DNA of 64,000 nt from a virus. The translations under genes were made by a program, and so were the position numbers. The stretch spans positions 20,462 through 84,461 of IMG/VR virus record IMGVR_UViG_3300034284_001491; one strand, written 5' to 3'. Within the stretch, counting starts at the first letter, position 1. Each line of letters opens with the position of its first letter. The notes below the pieces were generated by a model that was not told the DNA's origin, made no database searches, and was given only the letters and a program-made list of their open reading frames with translations. Shown here one piece after another: positions 31,101 to 40,700 of this stretch.

Positions 31101-33316
31101 ATACTCCACCTTCATTTGGTCCTAAAAATCAAATGAATCAACCTGGAATTACGACAGACATAACTAATCCTAAACCACCAGTTCAACAAGATCAAAATAA
31201 AAATAATAAATCAACAGCTGTAATTGGTCCTGCTATAGCTGGTTTTGTTCAATCTTTTGGAGATAAAAAAAGAGCAAAAGAACAAGGTACTAATATAGGA
31301 CAAGCAACGTCAAATTCTGATAGCGTATTTGGATATAATAGAATAGAAGATAGAGGAGATTTTGAAATAAATACTGGTAGACGAAAACCTAATCAATATA
31401 TAATGGGATCACTTCAAGGTGTACCAGCATTGTCATCTGCTAAATATGGTGGTATACAAAAACCTGGAGTATATATGTCTTATCCTACTGCCACTCCAGA
31501 ATCTGTAGTATATGGTAAACCAGATAAGAAAATGTCTAATACATTAGGTCCAGTAGATAGAGATAAAGCAAATCTAGAAGCTGAAGGTGGTGAAACAGTT
31601 ATGACACCTGCAGGTGATGATGGTATTCCTAAATTCTTTAAGATTGGCGGTCAAAGACATAGCCAAGGAGGAACACCTTTATATCTTCCAGAAAATTCAT
31701 TCATATTCTCAGATACTAGATCAATGTTATTAGGAAAGAATATGCTTGAAGAATTTGGTATTACAGGTAAAAAGAAAAAGACACCTGCAGAAGTTGCTAA
31801 AATTCTTGGTAAAGGATATGAAAAATATGTAAAGATTATTCAAGATCCTAATTCAGATTCTATTGAAAGAAGAACAGCAGAGATGATGATACAAACTCAA
31901 ATAAATAATTTGGGTAAATTAGCATTAGCTCAAGAATCTAAAAAAGGTTTTCCACAAGGTATCCCAATGATATCTGTTCCATATATGGCATCAATAGGTG
32001 TAAGTGCAGAACAACTGTTGCCACAAATACCACAAGGTATGCCACAAGGTAATATGATGCCTCCTGAAATGATGCAACAAATGATGCAGATGCAACAGAT
32101 GCCTATGGCTAAATATGGTTTGCAGAAATATCAAGTTGCTGGAGAAACTAATGTGTTTGGAGACCCTAATGCACCATTTCCTACATCTAGTCCTTCAACT
32201 CCAGAAGATAGAAATATAGCACAATATATTTTAGGAAATTTACAAAGTTATTTTACTTCTAAACCAGAAGAAGAATCTATTGAAGCTAATATTAAACCAG
32301 TTGAAATTGTTTCACCAGTAAAAGGATTTGAAACAATAGAAGATGTAGATGCTTTTATTTTAAAAGGTGATGAATTTGGACAAGATTTTAATGCTTTATA
32401 TAATGCTTATTCACAATCACTTCAAGCAATTGATAAATTAAGATATGGACTACTTAATGGTACTGTTCCATTAGAAGAATATGAAAAAGAAAGAGATGCA
32501 ATTAATAGTAGAATTGATGAAATAAAAACTGAATTAAAAAATAGTGGAAATCAAATTCCTTGGTATAAAAGTTCTGGAATTATCCATAATTCAACTGTAG
32601 ATATACTAGAAAATATGCAAGGAATTATGAATGAAGAAAAAAATAAATTAAAAGTTAGAGCTGCTGATTTAAGAAAGTTTAGAACTCTTCAAAATAATGT
32701 ATCTTTTCTTGAAACAGAAAAACAAAAGATTCTTAAACTTTTAAATTCAGATATAGATGATCTTGAAAAAGTACGCCTTAGAAGAAGATTAACAAATCTT
32801 AATGATGCTTTAAATTATGAAACTGATAGAACAAATCAATTTGGAGAAAGAGCATTTAAGATACCTAAACCGACATTTGAGGATATAATAGAAGAAACAG
32901 AAACTTCAGCTAATCTCCCTGTAATAAATAGTCGCTTTAAAACTCCGCGAGTATATGGGGATGAGCATACTGCTCAATGGTTTGGTCCATTAGCTGCAGC
33001 AACGGGTAAATTAATTAAAAAATATACATATGATGATTATATAAAAGATTATGAAAGTAATTCTATAGGTACTACAGTTAAACCATCATATGAATCACAA
33101 CAAGGTACATTAAATAATATACTAAGTACAGCAACACCAGATACAGCAGCTGTACCTGTACAAAATACTGTTCCAACACAAACAGCACCAGCAACTACTC
33201 CAAGTCAACCTAGTAAACAAACTAAATCAAATAGTTCTAATTCAAACAATAATAAATCATTTATATCTAAAATTAAAAAAGTAGAAGATAAAGATTTAGA
33301 TTTATTTAAAAAATAA
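28130..33316 (+). CDS. Modular low-complexity virion cargo protein
   Basis: 1728 aa of short modules separated by xxGG, with Gly/Ala hydrophobic stretches and an 'EAEGGE...GQRHSQGG...FIFSD' domain typical of phage internal proteins. Confidence 0.65.
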   Translation: MRKALVKRGDKIVEVTIDENTYKTGGSNLIKRKDGSYSQRGLWDNIRANKGSGRKPTKQMLDQAKKITRNKKQEGGEEIYGNYMLPEFEVEENTGMYNPNIVGPSAPRYIPSETGFIPNPNYTTGSGSTESIPLELFAAPIARGLSSAIGMIPQSWVTTAGTAGSLLGLESCSTGKCRGLKAHPNYKKSWGKSKKRKRQEGGEENQFEELVDKIEDALEQGANPQELFQQLIKMGVDENSAKEIIQTAIQEIQGEGEENEDEESNRMMAYGGSADPCPPNYYWDEDEGKCVPMSQSLPSRDDLYNNPEMQKDLDRLNYKRNIQQYKIDYNNNKNKFYEDNYKGPKIKDEKGRVLPDYNSPEYKDFKILYDEYLKTLPNPDRSSFKLPVDYQQKNFYPKEGEWDEDSKKEFNRFFNPEPTQQEKEEGILKEYLKSKPQVNPDFYYNDIPADDPVQQYKMNQDQLRDYRYEEEWCPCYKMREELIAGRPVMKKICVPCEQAKMGGNLDKFMQKGGDKKQLSSSVKTASNSDVLSQTYNYQDQNKSNTTNVSRIINSYDDGSPNTTSYSYLSPEENFFYNTSTGVNFNNAEPITPEQIDFYKRKIAEGLNIPYDFKEGGSYRVYKTSERKGKTHKVVGPGGVTKYFGDPKLGERSKSKYGKKAFYARHKKNLDNNPFFRAYARATWAEGGEPSYMNEPEYKTNSFISKVKEMGQIENDKNLYNNIMEQSQQMLMQMGGIQKIGYNGISNSNLASMQAMEGEYNQNSNIFKAFTDINKAVIDSKGDKIKAAMEMAGAAGAAYLGLPPGVGKEVGKIAGEATVGAISNTNKTTQNVIKNLESPTAYSDFKQGINNQSTAQNPTQQQQSASSGSNSLSGLSGILGGAGGGSGGGSGDALGSMLKGVMSNPEMLTSLIGARRGGTLRKFVTAGENQINLPTNNWWDIGNTTSFSSNPQNITAPNQPQQYTIADQSLNTPALSATPDNLGVWSDDLKTYTPPSFGPKNQMNQPGITTDITNPKPPVQQDQNKNNKSTAVIGPAIAGFVQSFGDKKRAKEQGTNIGQATSNSDSVFGYNRIEDRGDFEINTGRRKPNQYIMGSLQGVPALSSAKYGGIQKPGVYMSYPTATPESVVYGKPDKKMSNTLGPVDRDKANLEAEGGETVMTPAGDDGIPKFFKIGGQRHSQGGTPLYLPENSFIFSDTRSMLLGKNMLEEFGITGKKKKTPAEVAKILGKGYEKYVKIIQDPNSDSIERRTAEMMIQTQINNLGKLALAQESKKGFPQGIPMISVPYMASIGVSAEQLLPQIPQGMPQGNMMPPEMMQQMMQMQQMPMAKYGLQKYQVAGETNVFGDPNAPFPTSSPSTPEDRNIAQYILGNLQSYFTSKPEEESIEANIKPVEIVSPVKGFETIEDVDAFILKGDEFGQDFNALYNAYSQSLQAIDKLRYGLLNGTVPLEEYEKERDAINSRIDEIKTELKNSGNQIPWYKSSGIIHNSTVDILENMQGIMNEEKNKLKVRAADLRKFRTLQNNVSFLETEKQKILKLLNSDIDDLEKVRLRRRLTNLNDALNYETDRTNQFGERAFKIPKPTFEDIIEETETSANLPVINSRFKTPRVYGDEHTAQWFGPLAAATGKLIKKYTYDDYIKDYESNSIGTTVKPSYESQQGTLNNILSTATPDTAAVPVQNTVPTQTAPATTPSQPSKQTKSNSSNSNNNKSFISKIKKVEDKDLDLFKK

Positions 33317-33326
33317 TAATTTTAAT

Positions 33327-35003
33327 ATGTATACTCCTTATAATATATTTGATTATAATTTACCTAAATATAATCCAGGTGGTCAAAGTAATAATCCTGA
33401 TAAACCAGATCCAGGTACCTATAAAATAGGTGATATTATTGATATCAGTGGTGAAAAAAAAGTTGTAACTGGTTGGGATCCAGTAGCAGGTAAATACACT
33501 ACAGAAAAATGGAATCCTTTAAAAGGAGATATTGGCGACTATACAAAAGATTATGAAGCTTTAGAAAAAGCATTAAATGATCCGGATGTAAAAAAAGCAT
33601 TATGGGAAGAATACAAAAAAGATAAAACAACTTATAAAGTTACAAGTACAGGTAGTAAATATATTAGAGGTATAAAAGATGCAGATGATCTTGTAAAAAA
33701 ATATCTCCAAGCTGAAAAAGCCATAATGGCTATTAATGCTAATTATTCTGCTGATGAAATTAAAAAATTAAATTTAGATAACAATTCGGCAAATAGAAAA
33801 AAATTATTTGAAGAAGTAGGTATTAATTTTAATCCGGGAGATATTGCTATTTTTCAAAAAGCTTATTATGATTTAGCAGATATATATAATAGTACAAGTA
33901 CACCAGATGCTATAAAACAAAAATTAGGAGACTTTGATTGGGAAGCAAAAGGAGATATAGACACTGATTCACCTGAATATAAAACATCAGGAAAAACAGG
34001 AGTTACTAAAGGATATGTTAGTCAAGTAGATGATGCTTTTGGAGATAATACTGTTTTTCAATTTAATAGATTAAAACAACCTACAATAACACAATCTACA
34101 ATAACACAAAAACCACAACAAACCTCTCCACCAATTACTCCTGGGAAAATGGGTCCACCAGTACCTAGGGCAAAACCAGAATTTTGGACTCAAGATAAAA
34201 ATCTTGTAACAAATGCATTAATAGATTATTTTCGTACTAAAAAAATTAATCCTTGGGCTCCACCTATTGATTTACAAGAACCTCAATATACATTACTAGA
34301 TCCTACTTGGCAATTACAAAATAATGCTGCATTAATGAATCAGCAATTACAAGGACTTGGGGCATTTGGTAATTCACAATCTTATCTTGCTAATGCTACA
34401 GCTTTATCTGGTAAAGCATCTGAACAATCACAAGGTATTTTAGCAGAATATGATGCTAGAAATGCAATGATTCAAAATCAAGGTGAACAAGCTAAAACAG
34501 CAATAAGGAATCAAGAAAATCTTGCAAATGCTGAAAGATTAACAAATTTATATGATAAAAATGCTATTGCTGAACAACAATATTTAAATACTGAAATAGC
34601 AAGAAGAAAAAATATTGTTGATGCTACTAATAATGCTTGGACAAATAGAGGACTTACCCAATCTCAAAATATAATGAGTTATCCTTTTCAAGTGGATCCA
34701 GTAACAGGATATACTTATTATGATCCTAGACTTGCCACTGATATGCAACCTTCAGAAACAGATTTTGAAACTAGACAAAAAAGATTAGATGATTTATTAA
34801 CAAGTACTAAATATCAAAATCAAGATATAGAAACTATATACAAAATTTTGTATCCTGATGAAAATATAGGAAATCCTTATTATAGATCGTCACAAAGAGG
34901 AAGACAGAGATATCAACAAAATAATTATGATCCAAGATATGATCAATATTTTATGTATCCTGGAGCTTCTGGTGCTAATCCATATGGTTATCCATTTGGC
35001 TAA
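33327..35003 (+). CDS. Internal virion/ejection protein
   Basis: 558 aa with a Q/N/A-rich coiled-coil C-terminal half; lies in the cargo cluster. Confidence 0.55.
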   Translation: MYTPYNIFDYNLPKYNPGGQSNNPDKPDPGTYKIGDIIDISGEKKVVTGWDPVAGKYTTEKWNPLKGDIGDYTKDYEALEKALNDPDVKKALWEEYKKDKTTYKVTSTGSKYIRGIKDADDLVKKYLQAEKAIMAINANYSADEIKKLNLDNNSANRKKLFEEVGINFNPGDIAIFQKAYYDLADIYNSTSTPDAIKQKLGDFDWEAKGDIDTDSPEYKTSGKTGVTKGYVSQVDDAFGDNTVFQFNRLKQPTITQSTITQKPQQTSPPITPGKMGPPVPRAKPEFWTQDKNLVTNALIDYFRTKKINPWAPPIDLQEPQYTLLDPTWQLQNNAALMNQQLQGLGAFGNSQSYLANATALSGKASEQSQGILAEYDARNAMIQNQGEQAKTAIRNQENLANAERLTNLYDKNAIAEQQYLNTEIARRKNIVDATNNAWTNRGLTQSQNIMSYPFQVDPVTGYTYYDPRLATDMQPSETDFETRQKRLDDLLTSTKYQNQDIETIYKILYPDENIGNPYYRSSQRGRQRYQQNNYDPRYDQYFMYPGASGANPYGYPFG

Positions 35004-35062
35004 CCAAATATATAAACTTATAATGTTTAATAAACTTTTAATATTTTTGTCTATATTATAAT

Positions 35063-37762
35063 ATGGCAACCTATTTACCGAATGTAACAGATATAATTCC
35101 AGAGTATAAACCGTTTACTCCAAACTTTCAATTCTATAATCAAGTATTGCAAATAAAAAATTCGCAATATCAACAAGGTTATAAAAAAATAAGTGGATTA
35201 TATAACACTCTTCTTAATTCTCCTATGACAAGAGATGAAAATATTGAAAGAAGAGATAAATATTTCAAAGATATTGAAGGAGAAATTAAAAAAATTTCTG
35301 GACTTGATTTATCTCTACCACAAAATGTAAGTGCTGCTGGTGAAATATTTAAACCATTTTATGAAGATCAAGATATTAAAACTGATATGTATGTCACTAA
35401 ATCAGCAAGAGATTCAATGACAGCACATGAAATTTTAAAAAATTGTGTTGGTAAAGATTGTGGTGAAGCAAAAGCTTGGGAAGACGGTATAAAAGCAGTG
35501 AATTATAAACTTCAAGAGTTTAAGAATGCTTCAACAGAAGAAGCAAGAAACTTTGGTAAAATTGGGTATACACCATACGTTAAGTATGCAGATGATGTAG
35601 TAAAATTCTTAAAAGATAATAAGATTGAAATTACCCAAGAAACAAGAAATGGAAGATATAATATCACCACTACTAACGGTCCATTGCTTGAAGGTCCTTT
35701 ATATAATATGATTAAAACATTATATGAGGATGATATTAATGTACAAGAAATGTATAAAACAAAAGCATATGTGCAAAGAAAAGATTTTGCAACAGGTAGA
35801 GCTCAAGAATTTGGTGGTATAGAACAAGCAGAACAAGCTTATATATCTGATAAATTACAAACATATTCTGGTTTATTAGATAATCAAATTGAAGATGTAA
35901 ATACTCAATTAGAAATTTATACTGCACAAAAAGATGCATTATCTAAAAAATCAAAACTCAATACTAAACAACAAGAAAATTTAGCTCAATTAGAAACAGC
36001 AATTCCTTTATTAGAAAAAAGTTTAAGTTCATTACAATCAGCAAAAAGTAATTACGATAATGTAGATCAAGTGGATATCAATACTCTAAGATCTAGAGTG
36101 GATAATGTTACAAGTGGTGTTTTGTTTGAAGGTGATATAAAAGGAATGGCAAAAGATTTTTCAAAGATTGGATTTAAACAAACATTTGAAGAAGATAAAT
36201 ATGCACTTGAAGCATATAGAAGTTCTTTAGATTTTAATAAAAGTGTAGCTTTAGCAAAAATTAAAGCTGGTATAGATTTACAAACTTTTAAAATTAAAGA
36301 AGATTATAAAGCACAAAAAGAATTTGAGAAAGAATTTAAATTAAGAGGAGGAGAGGATCCATTAAGTATTAATGCCACAGAAACTACTGCAGAAAATGTA
36401 GAAAAAGTGAATGCTTGGCAATATAATATGGAGACAGCTAGTAGTGTTAATAGGCAATACACTGATGGATTAAAATCTACATTAAATAATATTTACTTAG
36501 CATTAAAATCAGATGGTGGTGCAGAAGCTAATGCTTTATTAAAGCAAATATTTGCTAATAACAAGGGTGTAATTGGTGATGATAAAAACTATTTTGGATA
36601 TGATGAAAATAAAGGATATCCAATACATCAAACATATTGGCAACAAGCACAAAAATTTTTATCTAAATCTGAAAACTTTAAAGGATTAATTAATTCTAAT
36701 GCAGAACAATCACTTAAAATGTTAGAATTAAAAGTGGCTGCTGCTACAAAACTTGGATTTGAAAATAATTCTAAAGTTAGAAATGCATTATTAGCTGGTG
36801 ATGATCTTGGTGATGATGAGAAAGCAGATTTAAGAACAATGATGAAAACAGATGGTTCAGTGTTATCAAGAGAACAATTTATAAATGCAACAAAAGATAG
36901 ATATGATGCTGAAGATGCAGGTGAAGCATATGATGATTTATTAGAAGCATATAAAACTCAGTATGCTAATCCAGAAGCACCAGAAGGATTAAGAACTAAA
37001 ATGTTTATTGGTGGTCCATTTGAAGATAGAACAGGTGCTGTTGGTATTAAACCAGGTATTGTTTCTGCAGATCCATTAAGAAATTTATCAGATAATTTTT
37101 CATTAGTGAATTCTGTTTTATCAAATGGTATGAATTCTGGTGAATTTGCTGATGAAGAAACTAAATCTTTATTTAAAGAACTATATAGAGATTTTAACAC
37201 TTATCTAGATATTAAAAAAGAAAATCCAAATAGAGCTGCATTAACAATGCAATATGAAGCAGTTTCAGATAAAGAAGGTTATGCAAAAGTCACTTTAAAT
37301 CCAAGCAGAGAATGGTTGGAAAAAACATTAGTGGGAGGAGACAAGAAAGAAGAAGCTGCTAAATTCAAACAATATGAAAATGGAATATCTTTTTATATTC
37401 CAGATGAAAAAGTTCAAAACAGTTTTGATTCACAAATCAAAGGATTTGGTGATTTAATTCTTGAAGCAAATGGTGGATCAATAAGTATTGGGGATGATAA
37501 AGATCCAGAAAATGGCGGATCTATAAAAATTACAAAAAATGGTGATGCTTTAACTGTAAATAGTAAAAACATTAAAGTTAATCCAAATACTGGTGATGCA
37601 TATTTTACTCCTACAATTACAACCAGTGGTTTTGGACTTGATCCAGAAGATATTATTCAGGAAGCAATGAAAACAGTGTATGAAAGTAAAAGTACATATG
37701 CTAGAATTTTAGAACAATTCGATATAAAAAATAAAGAACTATTAGGTAAAGAAGGTAAATAA
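35063..37762 (+). CDS. Internal virion/ejection protein
   Basis: 899 aa, helical/coiled coil; directly upstream of the giant trio. Confidence 0.55.
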   Translation: MATYLPNVTDIIPEYKPFTPNFQFYNQVLQIKNSQYQQGYKKISGLYNTLLNSPMTRDENIERRDKYFKDIEGEIKKISGLDLSLPQNVSAAGEIFKPFYEDQDIKTDMYVTKSARDSMTAHEILKNCVGKDCGEAKAWEDGIKAVNYKLQEFKNASTEEARNFGKIGYTPYVKYADDVVKFLKDNKIEITQETRNGRYNITTTNGPLLEGPLYNMIKTLYEDDINVQEMYKTKAYVQRKDFATGRAQEFGGIEQAEQAYISDKLQTYSGLLDNQIEDVNTQLEIYTAQKDALSKKSKLNTKQQENLAQLETAIPLLEKSLSSLQSAKSNYDNVDQVDINTLRSRVDNVTSGVLFEGDIKGMAKDFSKIGFKQTFEEDKYALEAYRSSLDFNKSVALAKIKAGIDLQTFKIKEDYKAQKEFEKEFKLRGGEDPLSINATETTAENVEKVNAWQYNMETASSVNRQYTDGLKSTLNNIYLALKSDGGAEANALLKQIFANNKGVIGDDKNYFGYDENKGYPIHQTYWQQAQKFLSKSENFKGLINSNAEQSLKMLELKVAAATKLGFENNSKVRNALLAGDDLGDDEKADLRTMMKTDGSVLSREQFINATKDRYDAEDAGEAYDDLLEAYKTQYANPEAPEGLRTKMFIGGPFEDRTGAVGIKPGIVSADPLRNLSDNFSLVNSVLSNGMNSGEFADEETKSLFKELYRDFNTYLDIKKENPNRAALTMQYEAVSDKEGYAKVTLNPSREWLEKTLVGGDKKEEAAKFKQYENGISFYIPDEKVQNSFDSQIKGFGDLILEANGGSISIGDDKDPENGGSIKITKNGDALTVNSKNIKVNPNTGDAYFTPTITTSGFGLDPEDIIQEAMKTVYESKSTYARILEQFDIKNKELLGKEGK

Positions 37763-40700
37763 TGGAAAATATTCTTGATAGCACCCAGGGTAGTATATCT
37801 CCAGAATTATTTGACTTTTATGATAAGTCTTTTATGGTTAATGGAGATCCTAATCTAGAAAATATATTACCATCTTCTAATCCTGATAATAATACTGGAG
37901 ATAACGTTAATAATTTAATTACACAATTAAATAATAACAATAAAGTATTTCAAAATAGAGTAACGAATATTCAAGATAGTTTTAATGATCCATTCAAAGA
38001 AGTGAAGATGTATGGTTTTAATCCTTCATTTAAAGGATTAAACATGGATCGTTATGATGATAAAGAATTAGGATTTGATCCATTTAGGGATAATGAAAAA
38101 TTCTATAATGAAAACACTTCCATATTTTATGATTATGGAAGAGCTTTTAATGGAATGGGTAGATTGGCTGCAGGTGCCTTTGTTGATAGTGCCACTAGTT
38201 TAGGTAGAATGATACAAGGAGATTTTGATGTATCTCCTGAATTTGCTTTAGATAGTGAAAGAATCATGGCAGAAACCATGTCTACAAAAAGTGGGTTTTT
38301 ACCTGGTGTAGCTAATTTTATGGTTAACACAGGATTCACTGTAGGTATGTTAGCCGAAATGGTAGTAGAAGAAGGCTTGATTGCAGGAGCATCATTATTA
38401 CTAGCTCCAGAATCAGGAGGAGCTTCACTTGGTGGTGGTGCATATTTAGCAGCATTAAGAGCTCAAATGGGTGCAACAAGAATTGCATCTGCTTGGAAAG
38501 GAATGGGAGCTTTAAAAAAAGCACTTACAAATCTTGATGATGTAAATGAAGCAAGAAGATATTTTACACAATTTGGAAAAGGAACAGTAGACTTTTTAAA
38601 TCCATTACGTAATACAACAGATTTATTTGCTGATGGAAATAAACTAAAAGGTTTAGGTCAAATGGCTGCAGTATCTAAAGGATTTGGTGCATTCTTTAGA
38701 GATGTAAGAGATATAAATAGATCTTTATCTGAAGCTAGATTAGAAGGTGGTTTTGTTCAAAACAAGATGTTTGAAGATCTTGTTAATGAACATATTGAAA
38801 GAACAGGTAAAGAACCAACAGAATCAGAGTTACAAGGAATTAAAAATATGGCTCATACTGCAGGTATGACCACACAACTTATAAATCTACCGGTTATTCA
38901 TTATACAAATAATATAGCATTTGGTAATCTAAGTAGACCACTAACAAAATTTATTGGTGGAGCAAATGATCTAAGATTCTTAAAAGGTAAATTTGGATGG
39001 GTGGGAGATACCTTCCAAGAATTAGATAAAGGATTTATACAATCTACTAGAAGATCTTTAAATCCAAGAAACATTAGTAGGAATAGTTTAAACTATTTTT
39101 CTGCAAATCTAGCAGAAGGTTTACAAGAAGTGTTTCAAGAAGCTACAGCAGTAGCAACAGAAGACTATTATAAAAATCTATACTTTAACGAAAACAGTAT
39201 AGCCAGAAAAATGAATGAATTAAGTTGGCTAGATAGTTATGGAAAAGGTATAGGGGCACAAATGAGTGGACAAGGTCTTGAAGTATTTGCTTCTGGATTC
39301 TTTATGGGAGGTCTGATGAATACGGTTTCTAAAAATCTATTCAAAACAATTGATTATGTACATGAATCAGTTAATGATAGAAGATTAGAAGCAAGAGCTA
39401 AAAAAGATCCCGAATTTAAGATTGAATATGAAAAACAAAAAGCAGATAAGCAACAAAGAATAACGCAAGCTAAAAAAGATCTAGTGGAAGGTATTAATGC
39501 TTTATACCAAGACCCTAATAAACTATTTGCACCAGACTTAGAAAACTTAACTGCACAAGAAATATTAGATAGAAAAATTAGAGCAGCAGGTGCAAATAAT
39601 GATCGTAAATTCTTAATTGATTTTACAGATGAATCATTCTTTAAACATGTTGAAACTGCTTTACGTGTTGGTAAATTTGAATCATTAATAGATAGAATTG
39701 AAGGAAGATTAAAATTAAATGATGATGAATTAGCTCAAGCAATGAATGTCAAAGATGGTGCTGCTGCAAGAGCTAGATTAGAAGTATCAATTGATAGAGC
39801 TAAAGAAATAAAAAGAAGATTTGATTTAGCTCCTAAGAATCCTATAGATCTATCAAAATTTAATTCTAGTTTTTTTAATAAAAATAAAGCCACTGAAGAA
39901 GAATATTATCAAGCAAGAATATACAGTAAAGCATTTGACGATGCTGTGAATGATATGATATTTTCTCAAGTTTCTTTTGATAGAAAACTTGAAAGAATGA
40001 GAAATATAACTGGTGACTTTGCTAAGATTAATATACTGGCAGATGCACCTGCAGCACCATTAATGCATTTATTTGGTGCATCTAATATGATGACTGAGAT
40101 TGAGTTATTGATGTCTGAAATCCAAGCACTAGATCCAACTGATGAAAAGAATAAAAAGACAATTGAAGAAAAAACTTCATTATTAAATAAACTAAATACT
40201 TTAGCTGAAACAATAGATGACTTCACTGAATATGATCGTGAAACCAGAACAAATGAAGAAATGGCTGGTGATGATATTCAGAATCCAAAGTATGCAGAAG
40301 CAATTAGAAAAGCTTTTGGAGAATACATGGAAGAATATGCTAAAGTAAATAAGACATATATTAAAGCAGATAATTTAGATAATGCATTTGATTTATTATA
40401 TGATTATTATAGACTAGATGTTGATGCAGATAGATTAAGTAAATCTGTAGCTGTTGTATCTTCTCCAAGTTTTATTAATGATGAAGCATCAAGAAAGTTT
40501 AGAGCATTAAAGAATACATATGATAATCGTAAATCATACATTCAAAAATCTGTAGATAAATTTTTTGAATTAATAGGATTAAATGATGTATTCTCTAAAT
40601 TAAAAGATTTAGATGTTGCAGTACATCCGCAAGAAGCATTAGCCTTTAATCTAGCTCAAGGAAATTATAAAATCAAAAGATTTGTTAATGCTAAGACATT

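Noticed and set aside
34081-34109. 15-bp tandem duplication (TITQ twice); similar short repeats at ~4825 and ~27071
   Set aside because: In-frame slippage in low-complexity linkers. Not an array.
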